Source of the DNA: Microcoleus sp.
Lineage (GTDB): Bacteria; Cyanobacteriota; Cyanobacteriia; Cyanobacteriales; Microcoleaceae
Direction of reading: 5' to 3'
DNA length: 64,000 nucleotides
Assembly (NCBI GenBank): GCA_052279835.1
Contig: CP181291.1
Location: 3,936,001-4,000,000, forward strand
Positions 32,548 to 43,200 of this stretch are shown piece by piece. How positions within the stretch are numbered: the stretch's first letter is position 1; each line of letters starts with the position of its first letter. The position numbers and the translations under genes are program-made. The notes below the pieces were generated by a model. The model had not been told where the DNA came from and did not search any database. It saw only the letters and a list, made by a program, of their open reading frames with translations.

Positions 32548-32627
32548 ATAGACTTCTCCCATAATTATTGTCGAACCCGTCAGGTCATCAGACCTGTTCT
32601 TAACAGGCTGTTTGGGATCTCTCTAAA
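32548..32627. repeat. MITE-like dispersed repeat ATAGAC(A/T)TCTCC...GGAGA(T/A)GTCTA; other copies at 48239-48311 and 49739-49811
   Basis: Shares ATAGACxTCTCCCATAATTATTGT with 49739. Confidence 0.7.
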
Positions 32628-32778
32628 TAGTTTAAGCCTCGCGGGCGACTGCGAGTGTTGTTACCAACAATAGGATTTGGGACTATGCACTTTCGGGGAA
32701 AAAGCCGTCCTGCTATCAGGACGGGGTTTTAAACCCAATTTTCTGATAAATTTCGTTGTTTACCCTTTCTTATAATTC

Positions 32779-33378
32779 ATGACTCTAGCAGTTAGTATTA
32801 TTACCCCGGCACTTCACCCTTTGCACTTAAGTTCTTTCTTGCCATCGCTGCCCCTAGACAGCTTGTTTTCGACTCAAGGCATTATGGTGATGCTGCTAGC
32901 AGCCTATGCAGGGGCGATGTGGATGTTTCTCACCAGTGCACCCAAGGTACACACCGTGATGGTATCAGATCTGGGGCAAGCTCGACAATTTTACGAGGGA
33001 ATGTTAGATCTGCCAGTAGCAGAGGTGCCGCTGCACTACTACTACAATTACGAGCAAACCTTGGGCACAACGGGTATCGATCCACTATATTTGTCGCCCA
33101 ATGTCGGCAGGGGGACTAACAGTCAAACCATGGCGACTTCCGAGGGTTTGTGGTATCAGTTAATGAAAAATACCCAATTGCACGTAATTAGCGGTGCTCT
33201 GGCGGGGGAAAAAAATCGCCAGCGTCACGTTTGTTTCGATCGCGAATGTTTGGATCAGCTATTAATGAGAGTCCAAACTCGTGGCATTAAATATAAAATT
33301 CGCCGGGAAAAACCACTAAACTTTTTGGTAAAAGATTATGATGGCCGCGTCATTGAAATGTCTGAGGTAAGTAATTAG
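32779..33378 (+). CDS. Glyoxalase-like domain protein
   Basis: HTVMVSDL...HVCFD...KDYDGRVIE. Confidence 0.8.
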   Translation: MTLAVSIITPALHPLHLSSFLPSLPLDSLFSTQGIMVMLLAAYAGAMWMFLTSAPKVHTVMVSDLGQARQFYEGMLDLPVAEVPLHYYYNYEQTLGTTGIDPLYLSPNVGRGTNSQTMATSEGLWYQLMKNTQLHVISGALAGEKNRQRHVCFDRECLDQLLMRVQTRGIKYKIRREKPLNFLVKDYDGRVIEMSEVSN

Positions 33379-33793
33379 TTTGATTGAGTGCATCTCTATT
33401 TTGCAAGTATATTCCTAGGGTCAAAGCATGACCGCTATAAAGGGAGCATCCCATTTTTGCAAATATATCCGTAGGGGCGAAGCATGACCGCTGTAAATCT
33501 CTGCTTTTAACTCATAAATTATCTGCGGTCATGCTTCGCCCTGCAAAATTGGGATGCTCTCGCTGTAAATCTCTGGCGCGAGATAATAATATCAATTCCG
33601 TTAACATCGTCCTGTATTCATTTCTCTCCGATCTCTCTGTGTTCTCTGTGTTCTCTGTGGTTAAATCATTCCGATGCAACGGTCAACGATATAAATTGTC
33701 TGCCGTCAGGCTTCGCCTATACAAAATCGGGATGCTCCCGTTTGATTCAGTTGGAGAAACCCGGTTTTACTAAAAATCCGGGTTTTTTATTGG

Positions 33794-35071
33794 TCAATTA
33801 ATCTTTGTACCCACAGTAGATTTTTCCGGTGTCATCGCTTCTTTGCCCTCGGAAATTACCGGGTGGCTGAAAATTTGGAAATACAAAGAAACCAAAAACT
33901 CTTTAACCGGAAAGAGTATCAATGTCAAAGGATTAATTGTCACGATGATATTGCGGGCATCGGCTTTAGCTTGTTTGACAATTTGCTGCGCTACCCAATC
34001 TGGTGACATAATGCCGATCGGATTTAACTTACTTTTAAACGGCCCTAAAATTAGTTTACGAACAATACAAGGTGCATCCAGTCGCCGCAGAGTTACCAAG
34101 TCTCCCAAAGCCCGCTTGCTGAGCTCGTAGAGGGGACTGACAGCCGGAATGACTTCGGCTTCCGAGGTGTTGACCCAAACTTCTTTGTTAGCTATATTTT
34201 CGTTAGTGCGCACCGTTAGCAGAAAAAGTTCCATCAGCCGCCACGCGGAAAAAGTGTTGATTTCGTAGGAATTGGCGATCGCCTCTGGGCTTCTCGAACC
34301 CTGCACATTAATGCCGTGATTAATCACCAGAATATCGACTTTTTCTAACAATTCTGCTAAGTCTGCCTCTTGACCTATTTGCCAATTTATGGTTTTCACA
34401 GGCAAATCTTTGCCATCAATATTCACAGTAATTGTTTGATTTCCTGATGTGAGGGCGATAACTTTTGCACCAGCTTGGTGGAGATATTTTAACAGCAAAT
34501 TTCCTAAAGTTCCCGATGCCCCCGTGACGGCTACAGTTTTGCCTTTAAGAGAAAGTGCAGTGCCCATAAGTTTATCGATTAACGTGAAAGTACCACAATA
34601 GTAAGCATTTTGATTATCGAAATGATGCCGCCAATGGTAAGGTTTATTCACCAACCAATTTCCCGGTGGAGTCAGGAAGTCTCCGGGTTGATGGGTGATG
34701 TCGGTTAATTCATCAGCACCCTTGATGCCGCAACCACGGGCGATCGCACTCAACAAAAAGCCTAAAGTATAAACACAACCCGCTGCTGCGCCCCAGTGAT
34801 ATTCCGGCATCCAGAAATAAGCCGCCACCCACAGCAACAAGCCCAAAACCATCATAGACGCAGCTTCGGGCACATCGTGACGCCAGTGGGCTTGCTTGTA
34901 GATTGTCTCGCTGACGGGAGTCAAATTCGGGCGAAAAACGCGGTGGTGCCAAGCGTGTAGCTTGTACAGTGGCGGCCAATAGTGGGAAGCGACATGATAA
35001 AAGTCTCGGATGATTTCTGCCCAACAGACAGAAGCTATTGCCAAAGCGCCGACTATCCAGTAATTGATCAT
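33794..35071 (-). CDS. Bifunctional sterol desaturase / short-chain dehydrogenase
   Basis: His boxes HAWHH and HWRHH; TGASGTLG; YELSK. Confidence 0.88.
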   Translation of the reverse strand: MINYWIVGALAIASVCWAEIIRDFYHVASHYWPPLYKLHAWHHRVFRPNLTPVSETIYKQAHWRHDVPEAASMMVLGLLLWVAAYFWMPEYHWGAAAGCVYTLGFLLSAIARGCGIKGADELTDITHQPGDFLTPPGNWLVNKPYHWRHHFDNQNAYYCGTFTLIDKLMGTALSLKGKTVAVTGASGTLGNLLLKYLHQAGAKVIALTSGNQTITVNIDGKDLPVKTINWQIGQEADLAELLEKVDILVINHGINVQGSRSPEAIANSYEINTFSAWRLMELFLLTVRTNENIANKEVWVNTSEAEVIPAVSPLYELSKRALGDLVTLRRLDAPCIVRKLILGPFKSKLNPIGIMSPDWVAQQIVKQAKADARNIIVTINPLTLILFPVKEFLVSLYFQIFSHPVISEGKEAMTPEKSTVGTKIN

Positions 35072-35263
35072 ACTCGCACCAGTTGGAAATTGGAGATATT
35101 AGATATTGTCTGTTTTGAAAGATAACTCAAAATGGTTTTTTTAGCTAGTCTGGAAGTTTACTCAGGTGTTTTAAAATCTGCAAAACGCGGATGAAATACA
35201 GAACAAGTTAATTTTGTTGAGATGTCGGTTGATTAGGATTTACGATGGGAAATTTTTTGTAAA

Positions 35264-36205
35264 TCATTCTATTTTGGGACCGATATACCCAATGATTATC
35301 TTTCCCGGCCCTAATTCCGTGCAGAAATGGAGTCGCCAAGCTCCCGGTGTCATACGGATGTGCAAACTGAAAATACGCTTTTTTCCGTCAAGACATTTAA
35401 TATTTAGTTGCTCTCTAAACTGCTTAAGCCTTGACTCGCTCTCTGGAGATACCTTGCTAGGAAGCTTCTCCAAATCCACCGCTCCGTCTGTCCAATTTTT
35501 GGATAAGGCATCAAGCTCCAATAACTTTCTGACAACTTGTCGTAACATTTTTGGATCGATAAGGCTTTGTATTTGGTCGCTAGTGCGATCGCAAAATTCC
35601 AGGCTGGAGAATAACTCAGATCGACGGTTCCAAAGCTCCAAACCATCAGCAACTCCTGTTTGCTGACGCTTTTTAATCCAATCAGCGTGTTGGATAACGT
35701 GGTTTTTCTGACTAGCATGAAGAACCTCTACACTTTCTTCTATCAGCTCCTCATTGTCGTGTATTTGTATTAGTTCTAAATTGAGGCGACTGCGATTCCA
35801 CAGCGATTCTGAATTTAGACTAATTGCCAATGTTTCAAGGTAATAAGCAACTTTGAAGCCTTCTGCTTGGCTACCCTCTAAACTAAACTCACAATCGGGA
35901 TTTTCAACTTTTATTTTAATTTCTAGATTGGGAATATCAACGGATAAAGGAGCTTTAGTTGCGAGAGTTCTCAGAAAAGTCCGCTCTTCTCTATTAACTT
36001 CATTATCATTACGCCAACGAGAAAGAGGATAGTTTTCTGCAAGTACCATAGTATGAAAATCTGCTTGAGTGCGGATACCTTTCAATCCACAGCCTTTAGC
36101 TGCAACCATCGTCCTAATCAATTCTGACATCCATTGTCGTGCTATAGAAATATCAGGAGCAAGAGTTCGCGCGGATAGTTCATTAAACACCATCTCCAAA
36201 TCCAT
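35264..36205 (-). CDS. Putative defence effector with RelE-like C-terminus (Menshen NsnC-like)
   Basis: HIRMTPGAWRLHF...IIIGYIGPK; third gene of the operon. Confidence 0.6.
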   Translation of the reverse strand: MDLEMVFNELSARTLAPDISIARQWMSELIRTMVAAKGCGLKGIRTQADFHTMVLAENYPLSRWRNDNEVNREERTFLRTLATKAPLSVDIPNLEIKIKVENPDCEFSLEGSQAEGFKVAYYLETLAISLNSESLWNRSRLNLELIQIHDNEELIEESVEVLHASQKNHVIQHADWIKKRQQTGVADGLELWNRRSELFSSLEFCDRTSDQIQSLIDPKMLRQVVRKLLELDALSKNWTDGAVDLEKLPSKVSPESESRLKQFREQLNIKCLDGKKRIFSLHIRMTPGAWRLHFCTELGPGKIIIGYIGPKIE

Positions 36206-36208
36206 CCC

Positions 36209-37360
36209 TTATTCTCCTTTTACCGCAGGTTCTAACAAAATTTCCAAGCTGTTGTCCCACTCATCAAAAAAACCATCCGGCCACCGATCTATTCGTCCGT
36301 TGCGATCGATTTTTGGCGATATTACCTCAGTCACAGCTTGTCCTTCTTTATTTTGACGCTGGAAGTAATGCAACTGAACATCTTTCGGGTCAAGTTTGCC
36401 CCCGTGAACCGCAAGGCGAATCCCATTTAAAACATGATCGCTGTGAGTTTCTATCACCACTTGAACGCCACCGCTAGCGGCCCAAGCTAATAATTGACCC
36501 ATTTTAACTTGTCCTTTGGGATGAAGATGTGCTTCAGGATTTTCAATTAAAATGATTGTACCCGGTGTTGATGCAAGTGCCGCTACAATAATCGGTAAAG
36601 TGTAGCTAATTCCAAATCCCACATTTGTTGCACGGTAAGGATTGCTATCTCCATAGGAATATTGAAAACTCATCAAATCGACATCGGATTTGGCATCAAT
36701 TTTAAGGCGCGTACCAGGACTAATTTCTCCCATCCACGCCTCAACTTGGTCGATTAAATCCATTGATTTATTAGGAGTCTGTGTCAAGTTTTGCCTTTTT
36801 AACTTTACATCGGGATGGCTGAGATTACTATTAGGGATAGCCGCACGCCCATTAATAGCAAGAAAATGTGCAGCATACTCGCCTTTTATCCCCAGTTGAC
36901 CGAGCTGTCGTACTTGGTAATCAGACATTTCATTAAATGGGCGTGGCCCAAGCCTTTCTGCCTGAAGATAGTGAAAATTATTGCCAAAAATATTCGATTT
37001 ATAGACTTGCGAACTAACTGGTTCCGAGTCAATCTTTAACACATCTACTTCTCTGTCATATTTGAAACTCCAGGTTGCTTTTTTATTATTTTCCCAAACA
37101 ATGCCAAAACCAATTAAGTCCTCTTTTGCTCCCTCAAAAAGTGCGTCTCTAGCAGTACCGATATTCACAAAATAGCCATTAAGCGCCAACCCTTTTTCTG
37201 GCAATAAACCCTGTTGGTAAGATTGTCTTAGCAGTAGGAGCGATTGCATAACAGAAGATTTACCCGTGCTGTTCAAACCTGAAAATAAAGTAAGGTTTTT
37301 AAATTCCAATAACTGATTTGCAAAAGGTTTGAAGTTGAGCAAGTGCACGGAAGTAATCAT
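36209..37360 (-). CDS. ABC/AAA ATPase with DUF3696 C-terminus (NsnB-like)
   Basis: GLNSTGKS, IENPEAHLHP, ETHSDH, WPDGFFD. Confidence 0.88.
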   Translation of the reverse strand: MITSVHLLNFKPFANQLLEFKNLTLFSGLNSTGKSSVMQSLLLLRQSYQQGLLPEKGLALNGYFVNIGTARDALFEGAKEDLIGFGIVWENNKKATWSFKYDREVDVLKIDSEPVSSQVYKSNIFGNNFHYLQAERLGPRPFNEMSDYQVRQLGQLGIKGEYAAHFLAINGRAAIPNSNLSHPDVKLKRQNLTQTPNKSMDLIDQVEAWMGEISPGTRLKIDAKSDVDLMSFQYSYGDSNPYRATNVGFGISYTLPIIVAALASTPGTIILIENPEAHLHPKGQVKMGQLLAWAASGGVQVVIETHSDHVLNGIRLAVHGGKLDPKDVQLHYFQRQNKEGQAVTEVISPKIDRNGRIDRWPDGFFDEWDNSLEILLEPAVKGE

Positions 37361-38511
37361 ATCAAAACCTCCTGAATTATTTGTTCAATTATCATAAATC
37401 TATACTCAATCTTTTCCGCTGCCTGAGAGATAGAAGTCAAAAAATCTCGATCGCTGTCTACATAATTTCTAAATTTTTCAATCAACTGCTCCTTTTTTTG
37501 CTTCAATACATCAAGTTGTTCGCCGCTAAGCAAACTGAGATTAACAGACCAAACTTCAAACAATGCTTTATTAATCGGAAACATTTTTGTTTGGTGCTGG
37601 GAGATTTTACGAAAGGCATTTTTCCCAAAGATGTTCCATGCAGCCACCATAGCTTTTTTGAAATTATATTCAATTACTTTTAATTCTGGTTCAGACATAT
37701 TGTTAATTTTTGATAATGCTTTACTTAAAAATAAATTTCTTTTTTCAGATTGATAGTTTTTATAAGATGTAAGTGTAAATGCTAAAAACCCGAGTATAAA
37801 TTCCCGATCGTCCATCCGCATTTTACGCAAATTACTTAGCTTAGTAACTTGCTGAAATTCTTGTAAAAGAGCAAGTTTAGCTAAGAATTTTGTTGCCTTA
37901 CCGGGGTTGAGAGCATGGCGCAGTTCTTGAGGAGACATCGGCAGTCCACCTGTATTAATCCGTTTGAAAATATTATATTTAACTTCTGGAGGCGTACCTT
38001 TTTCAATCAAATAAACTGTCACCTGAGTCTCCTCTATTCGACGCTGGTATCTGCGTCCGATTTCATCATAATTTTTGCCTTCTAAATTGAGCAAGTATTC
38101 TAGTCCGCATAACTTCAGTTTTTTATCGCTCATAAATTGCTTGAGAGCAGATAGCCGCTGCAATCCATCCACAACTAACCATTTATCTTCATCAGTTGCA
38201 TCTATATAAAAAGCTGGTAATGGAATCCGAATCAGGATCGACTCAATCAGTCTGCTTTTAGCGTCATCTTTCCAAATGTTTGCATGACGCTGAAAATCTG
38301 GTGCTAAGTCAAGAGCTTCCTCATTGATTCTTCTTAGCAGTTGCTCGATGGTTGGTTCTCTGGTGAAAATATTAATTTCATCAGGATCGTATATCAATTT
38401 GTCTGTTTCATAAAGTTCATCACCGTTATCTTCTTCTTGATTCAAATTTAAGTCATCAATCATTGAATCTTGGTTGGATACTTGCTGTTCTAGTTTTGGC
38501 AGACCTACCAT
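37357..38511 (-). CDS. DUF262 (ParB/GmrS-like) protein (NsnA-like)
   Basis: PDFQR, VVDGLQRL, FKRINTGG. Confidence 0.88.
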   Translation of the reverse strand: MVGLPKLEQQVSNQDSMIDDLNLNQEEDNGDELYETDKLIYDPDEINIFTREPTIEQLLRRINEEALDLAPDFQRHANIWKDDAKSRLIESILIRIPLPAFYIDATDEDKWLVVDGLQRLSALKQFMSDKKLKLCGLEYLLNLEGKNYDEIGRRYQRRIEETQVTVYLIEKGTPPEVKYNIFKRINTGGLPMSPQELRHALNPGKATKFLAKLALLQEFQQVTKLSNLRKMRMDDREFILGFLAFTLTSYKNYQSEKRNLFLSKALSKINNMSEPELKVIEYNFKKAMVAAWNIFGKNAFRKISQHQTKMFPINKALFEVWSVNLSLLSGEQLDVLKQKKEQLIEKFRNYVDSDRDFLTSISQAAEKIEYRFMIIEQIIQEVLI

Positions 38512-38619
38512 AGGAAATACTCCTCTGTGTTAACCTTGATGTGAGTATTTTAGCAAATAAGAGTGTTCTCAAATATTATCTCACAAATTTCGTGGCTTAC
38601 AGCTTTGTCTAAAATTAGC

Positions 38620-38795
38620 TTCCCGATGCAGCAGGAATTATTCGCAGCCGAGTTTTTCCGGGGTTGTGGTTGGCGGTTGCAGCACTCTTAGAGGGGGATA
38701 TGCCAAGGACGATCGCAACTCTTCAAGCCGGATTAAACAGTGACGCACATCAAGAGTTTGTCCAACAGTTAGCCAGCTTTCCAAATCCCGCTTAA
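38620..38795 (+). pseudogene. 3' remnant of a Uma2-family gene
   Basis: Translates PDAAGIIRSRVFPGLWLAVAALLEGDM...HQEFVQQL*; no 5' part. Confidence 0.7.
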
Positions 38796-38912
38796 ATATC
38801 CCCTCAATCTGTTAGTCTGCGGAGGCAGACTTCGTTAGTGTAGTAGCGGTTTCAACCGCCGAGAACTATAGACAATGCTACCGAATTTTCTACCGCATTT
38901 GATATCATCCCC

Positions 38913-40586
38913 CTACAACCGACAAGTTTGTCGTGCCCTTTCATCTTCCGGTTCTTGCCATCCAAAAGAGAAATGACTCACTGCATTAATTTGGGGTGTA
39001 GCAGAGCGAATTGCCTGCATTTGAACTTCCAAAGAAGGCCGATTTTTCAGGGATTTTCCCCAATCACCGGCTATCGCCGGAATAATTTTTGCTCCCGGAG
39101 GTGCTAAACTCACAGTTCGCTGCACCTGGGGTACAATACAGCTTACATCCCCACAATTGCCATAGGACATCGCGTGAAATTCCACAGAAGCCGCAAACCT
39201 GTCCCAAGGCTGCAATCTCGAATCAAATCCTCCTAGATTTATAGTTTGATTCCCATTGGGAAAAAATACTGCTCCTACAGGTATTCCCATCCTTTGGGCG
39301 GGTTGAATTGCCATCCCCAAAAATTCTAAAACTCCTTGGACTGCGTGAGCAACACTCAGTTTCCAGAGGTCTTTTTGCAGAGTACCAGTGTCAGGCAGTT
39401 TTGGTGTTGGGGTGGGTTTTGGGGTGGGTTTTGGTGTGGGATTCGGAACGTTTGGTTTACCATTATCGGGAACTTTTGCAGCAGTCAGTCCCCTTGAGTT
39501 CGCTTTTTTAGGAGGGGGAGTTGGTGTGGGAGTTGGTGTTGCTATCGGTTGCGGAATTCGCCCCTGCCAAAGAGGTTCTTTTTCGGTTGGATATTGTTTG
39601 ACTACTGCTTGAACATCGCTAACATTAATAAATCCTTTTGTCAAGTATCGCTGGATTAAATCTCGCCCTTGTTGATTGTTAGCACGCTGCAACAAAACTT
39701 GCTGGGATGCTGGGCCATAAATCCACAAATCTTTGACTTTAGTGACAACGGAAGCAGGGCCAACGCCTCGTAAATAACGAATGTAGTCAAATAACATTCC
39801 TTGGGGGCGACGTTTGAGCACTTGATTTACTAACAAGGAATAGTCTTGCCGCGCTTGGGGGCTGTAGGGATCGACAAAGGCTTGATTTCCCGGAACTTCT
39901 CCGAAGTCATCGTTAATTCCTCCGTCTTGAACTACGGTTAAAGTTGTCTGATTTTGACCGTTTTTTGCCAGTGCTTGCTGTCTGTCTTCACGCTGAGCGT
40001 AGGTATAGCCAAAGTTCATGGTAAATAGCCAAGCATATACTTTTAAACCTCGCTGTTTTCCCTTGGCGATCGCATTTTCTAATAAATCGTATTTCTCGTA
40101 GCCACGATTTCTCAAAACAGAAGGCCAAGTCGTAGGATTATCCGCGACGGGAAGTAGCACTTGACCATCGTAAAATACTTCGATATAGACTTGATTGTAG
40201 CCTTTATTCACAACTTTATCTAATACGCGATCGAGTTCTCCCGCCCGGACATCGCAGGGATACAAGCGTAGCCAAACCGCTTGAGTTTGGGGCCAATTTT
40301 TTTGGCGACATTCGGCTATTTCCCGCGCGTGTTTGTTCAATACACTAAAATATGCCTGCTGAGATTCTGGTTTTCCTGAGAGGGCCGCCCGACGCAAATC
40401 TTCTTTTTCATTTACTTGTTCTTTTGAAAATTGGCAATAGGCTGAGGATTGGGCAACTGCTGGTTTATTTTCAATGATTTCTCCCAGGATTGGGCAGATG
40501 AAGCTACAGGTGAAAACGGCAGTTACTGCACTTAAAAAGCGTCGCTGGCGTTGCTTAATGGCGATGGAATTTTGTGCAATTTTCAT
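38913..40586 (-). CDS. Family-10-like glycosyl hydrolase (GHL10)
   Basis: Signal peptide; GYNQVYIEVFYDGQ; FDYIRY. Confidence 0.75.
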   Translation of the reverse strand: MKIAQNSIAIKQRQRRFLSAVTAVFTCSFICPILGEIIENKPAVAQSSAYCQFSKEQVNEKEDLRRAALSGKPESQQAYFSVLNKHAREIAECRQKNWPQTQAVWLRLYPCDVRAGELDRVLDKVVNKGYNQVYIEVFYDGQVLLPVADNPTTWPSVLRNRGYEKYDLLENAIAKGKQRGLKVYAWLFTMNFGYTYAQREDRQQALAKNGQNQTTLTVVQDGGINDDFGEVPGNQAFVDPYSPQARQDYSLLVNQVLKRRPQGMLFDYIRYLRGVGPASVVTKVKDLWIYGPASQQVLLQRANNQQGRDLIQRYLTKGFINVSDVQAVVKQYPTEKEPLWQGRIPQPIATPTPTPTPPPKKANSRGLTAAKVPDNGKPNVPNPTPKPTPKPTPTPKLPDTGTLQKDLWKLSVAHAVQGVLEFLGMAIQPAQRMGIPVGAVFFPNGNQTINLGGFDSRLQPWDRFAASVEFHAMSYGNCGDVSCIVPQVQRTVSLAPPGAKIIPAIAGDWGKSLKNRPSLEVQMQAIRSATPQINAVSHFSFGWQEPEDERARQTCRL

Positions 40587-40690
40587 GGGAACATTAAATG
40601 GGGTTTAAGCGTCAATTTTTGGGTGCGACCGCCTAAGTGCGATCGCGTTGATGCACCACTACAAAATTACGTGGAAATGCGTCAGTCCTG

Positions 40691-41506
40691 TTAAATACTT
40701 ATTTCATCGATTATAGCAATATTTGGCAGCCAATCCGTCGGAGGTTCTACAACAAAATTGGCTGAGGAAGCTTTGGTGTCTTGTGTCCGGTTGCAACGAG
40801 GGGCGAATTGACAGGAACTACAGACATGGGAATTGATGTGTACTTGGGGTAAAAATTCACCGGATCGGGCATATTCCTCTCGCCACTGGCTAAGCTGGTG
40901 CAAAAGGTTGGTTAAATCTTGTTTTGTGCGATCGTGTTCTATTTGATTGTAAGTAAATGTGAGGCTTTGTGGCGGTTCTTCTCCTTGCAATTGCACAAAC
41001 CAATATGTCATCGAGACTTGTTCCGGGGCATAATCGCTGGTTTCTACTAATACATATAAATAGAGGCGAGTTTGCCAAGTTTGGGAAATCCAGTGGAATT
41101 CTTGAGGACGGGGATAGGTTTTCCAGTCGAGAATTTGAGCTTGGTTGGGTTCTGCTATTAGCAAATCGTAGATGACGGTAAATAGGTAATCTTGAAAAAT
41201 TAAGGTACGGGGATGTTCGGCTTGGCGGAAGGTTTTTTCATCCTTTTGATACTGGGTGAAAAGTTCGGGGGCGCTATGGATAAATGCTGTAATACAGCGT
41301 TCCATTTCAGTTTCTTTTTCGGTGATAAATGCCAGGGGCAATCCTAGTTCGCGCTGCTGCATCAAGAGGTGAAATCGGCTACCCCATGCGAGTTTTTCTT
41401 GGTGTTCTGGGGATGTGTGGGTGGCGAGGAGTTCTAGGTAGCTGTGTTGGAATTTGCGCGGGCATTCTTGGAGTATTTTCAGTTGGCTTTGGGAGAGTCG
41501 GAACAT
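40691..41506 (-). CDS. PD-(D/E)XK nuclease family protein
   Basis: CPRKF, YDLL, DWKT, QTRLY, CSSCQF. Confidence 0.85.
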   Translation of the reverse strand: MFRLSQSQLKILQECPRKFQHSYLELLATHTSPEHQEKLAWGSRFHLLMQQRELGLPLAFITEKETEMERCITAFIHSAPELFTQYQKDEKTFRQAEHPRTLIFQDYLFTVIYDLLIAEPNQAQILDWKTYPRPQEFHWISQTWQTRLYLYVLVETSDYAPEQVSMTYWFVQLQGEEPPQSLTFTYNQIEHDRTKQDLTNLLHQLSQWREEYARSGEFLPQVHINSHVCSSCQFAPRCNRTQDTKASSANFVVEPPTDWLPNIAIIDEISI

Positions 41507-41695
41507 TTTTTAGTGTGCTTTTATTTTTTTTGAAATAGTTTATTATACCAATTATAAAAAAAATTCAACATTTTTTGCCCCCCTGGGTCTAGGACTGAAT
41601 TATCAATACTATTATCAGAGATTGTGAGCGCCATAAAGTCTCGCTTGAGAAAAGGATTATTTTCCGCGTGCGATGGCACTTTTCCCCACCCCCAT

Positions 41696-42364
41696 TTACA
41701 AATTCCCAATTTGTTGAGCAAACCACATCGCCGCCGTCCCATTTCCCTGAGTCAAAAGTTTCAAAGTCTCCGATAGCAACGCAATTGGTAAACCCTCAAG
41801 CGCACCAGAAATTTCACACTCCTGATAGTTGCCATTCTCGTTCAATCGAAATGCCAAAACTCTCTCGCCTTGAATATCTACCACCCAATACTCAGGAATT
41901 CCCAAAGCAGCATACAAGCGCTTCTTTTGATCCAAATCGCTCGTCAAAGTAGTATCAGAAGTTTCTATCACTAAATCCGGGATTCGCGATTGATTCAGAT
42001 TGACTCGGCGCGGTTCACCTTTTTGCCATTGGATGAAATCTCCACCGACGTATAAAATGCGATCGGGCGCACCTCCTCCCACCTTTGGCTTTTCAATTAC
42101 ACATCCACCCAAATCATCAAAAGCTTGTCCTCCTTTGCTGACAAACCAGGCGTAAAACACCAGCGTCAAGAGGTTGTTAAATCTGGCGTGCTGAGGCCCT
42201 TCGTTACCCATGTCTATCCAAAGATATCCTTCATAAAAAAATATTCTGGCTTCTTCCAAAGATGGATCTTCGCAAGCTGCTACATAATCTTCCCATGTCG
42301 CGGCTTGCCATTGGGGGATTTCACCTACTTGAGACACGATGAATTTTGGAGTTGTATAAGTCAT
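41696..42364 (-). CDS. Uma2 family endonuclease-like protein
   Basis: PDLVIE...KKRLYAALGIPEYWVVD. Confidence 0.9.
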   Translation of the reverse strand: MTYTTPKFIVSQVGEIPQWQAATWEDYVAACEDPSLEEARIFFYEGYLWIDMGNEGPQHARFNNLLTLVFYAWFVSKGGQAFDDLGGCVIEKPKVGGGAPDRILYVGGDFIQWQKGEPRRVNLNQSRIPDLVIETSDTTLTSDLDQKKRLYAALGIPEYWVVDIQGERVLAFRLNENGNYQECEISGALEGLPIALLSETLKLLTQGNGTAAMWFAQQIGNL

Positions 42365-42511
42365 GATTCAAAAGTGAATTAAGGATATTTTAATCGTAAC
42401 TGAAGTTGATATTTATCTGCTGGATACCCAGAAACCGGGTTTTTGCGAAAATATTCGTTACAGCCCGTAAAAACCGCAAAAAACCCGGTTTGTTTGATTT
42501 TGATGCGGTGT

Positions 42512-42772
42512 TTATCGAATTACTGTCGGCGCTGCAATTGCTACTTCTAAGTCTGGTTGCAAGTCAAAGACTACGACAAACCTTACTTGAGGCATTAGTT
42601 GACGCAAACACAGCAAATGGCCGTCAGCGTCCGATCGACTGCGGAACCGTCCCACAATCGCCCGCTGCATACTGGGCATGAGTTTGGCGATCGCCCAAGG
42701 GTAAAGCCGTTTTTGGTACGCGATCGCACCAGGATTCGCTGGGAATCCCTGTTGATAACCGTTTTGTGGCAT
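42512..42772 (-). CDS. Small cyanobacterial hypothetical protein
   Basis: LYPWAI...RFRSRSDADGHL. Confidence 0.7.
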   Translation of the reverse strand: MPQNGYQQGFPANPGAIAYQKRLYPWAIAKLMPSMQRAIVGRFRSRSDADGHLLCLRQLMPQVRFVVVFDLQPDLEVAIAAPTVIR

Positions 42773-42936
42773 GATGATTTAGTATCCTCTATGGACTACA
42801 GGAAAGGGCGTTAGTAAGTCTCTTGCCGGAAATCGACTAACGCCTCTACTACTATGATTAAACACCAAACAGACTTTCTATGTCAATATTTAGCGCTAAA
42901 TATTAACGCTTATTCTGTCAAAAGGTTCGGTCAGCT

Positions 42937-43176
42937 ATGGATCTGAGAGCCTTAAGAGAACGTGCGGGGCTGAAAATTATAGACGTAGCACATATACTAG
43001 AATGTGCTGAATCTTCAATTCGCAACTGGGAAAAGGGCCGAACATTGCCAAAGATGGAAGTTTGGCAAGTATTCCGAATGCGGGACTTGTATCGATGTAC
43101 CGAAGCGGAGTTAGTGCTAGCTGTCAGAAAGTCAATGCCGACGGAAAAAAAAGAACAGGAAAAACCGACGGAGTAA
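42937..43176 (+). CDS. XRE-family HTH regulator
   Basis: LRERAGL...SIRNWEKGRTLP. Confidence 0.85.
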   Translation: MDLRALRERAGLKIIDVAHILECAESSIRNWEKGRTLPKMEVWQVFRMRDLYRCTEAELVLAVRKSMPTEKKEQEKPTE

Positions 43177-43200
43177 CAATAATCTCTTAGTCCGCGCAGA

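Noticed and set aside
32560..32740. Possible SRP RNA or riboswitch upstream of the glyoxalase-like gene
   Set aside because: The first part matches the dispersed MITE also found at 49739, and no SRP loop motif is present
40691..41506. Cas4 of a CRISPR system
   Set aside because: Stand-alone PD-(D/E)XK nuclease with no cas context
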